Of a stretch of 64,000 nt of DNA, positions 63,628-64,000 are shown piece by piece. The first letter of the stretch is position 1; the number at the start of each line of letters is the position of its first letter. The DNA comes from Lingula anatina. Lineage: Eukaryota > Animalia > Brachiopoda. Location: contig CM120644.1 in NCBI GenBank assembly GCA_051362555.1, positions 18,994,534-19,058,533 of the forward strand, read 5' to 3'. The position numbers and the translations under genes were made by a program. The notes under the pieces were generated by a model. The model worked only from the letters and a program-made list of their open reading frames with translations, was not told the DNA's origin and ran no database searches.

Positions 63628-64000
63628 CATTGATTTCCGATTCAGGTTCCTACTGGATCCTCTTTATCGGACTCTTCCTCCAAAACTAACTTGTGACTTC
63701 CGATGATGTTGATTTCGGACCTATAAGTGTTGGTAGTCCAAGTTTACGTAATTTTTCTGGGTAACTAAGGTTATTCATGTCATCCTATAAGTTAGTTGTG
63801 AGAAGACACATTTCTTCTTGAACAAGACTCTCTCTGATACGATGATAATGTCCTTGCCTTCATCATCTATCTAAAATATGATAGTTATAAGTATATATTT
63901 AGAAACATGTCCCATCTTTACCTGCTTTGACAATCTTGTCCTAACTAACTGAGGCATGTATTGCCATGGGCAATTCACTTGTTATACCCTCCTCGCTTGT

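Overview
AT-rich eukaryotic DNA, probably from an aquatic invertebrate (inferred from the TE families), with no recognisable intact host gene. It is a dense patchwork of nested transposon remnants. Retroelements: Gypsy LTR elements (pol/integrase, gag, an env gene, a TatD-like ORF, solo LTRs), an RTE-X-like LINE nested in a Rex1-like LINE, and a tRNA-containing solo LTR. DNA-transposon fragments: Kolobok/Mutator-like, Academ, EnSpm, pogo, Tc1, mariner, MULE, P-like and Harbinger. Also present: several MITEs with clear TIR/TSD, a Helentron carrying a 146-bp satellite, and a ~5.3/6.3-kb segmental duplication. The most striking property is that essentially every coding TE fragment I could identify (about 25) lies on the minus strand, the architecture expected of a unistrand (flamenco-like) piRNA cluster transcribed on +. 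Family calls rest on motifs recognised by eye; no database searches were run.
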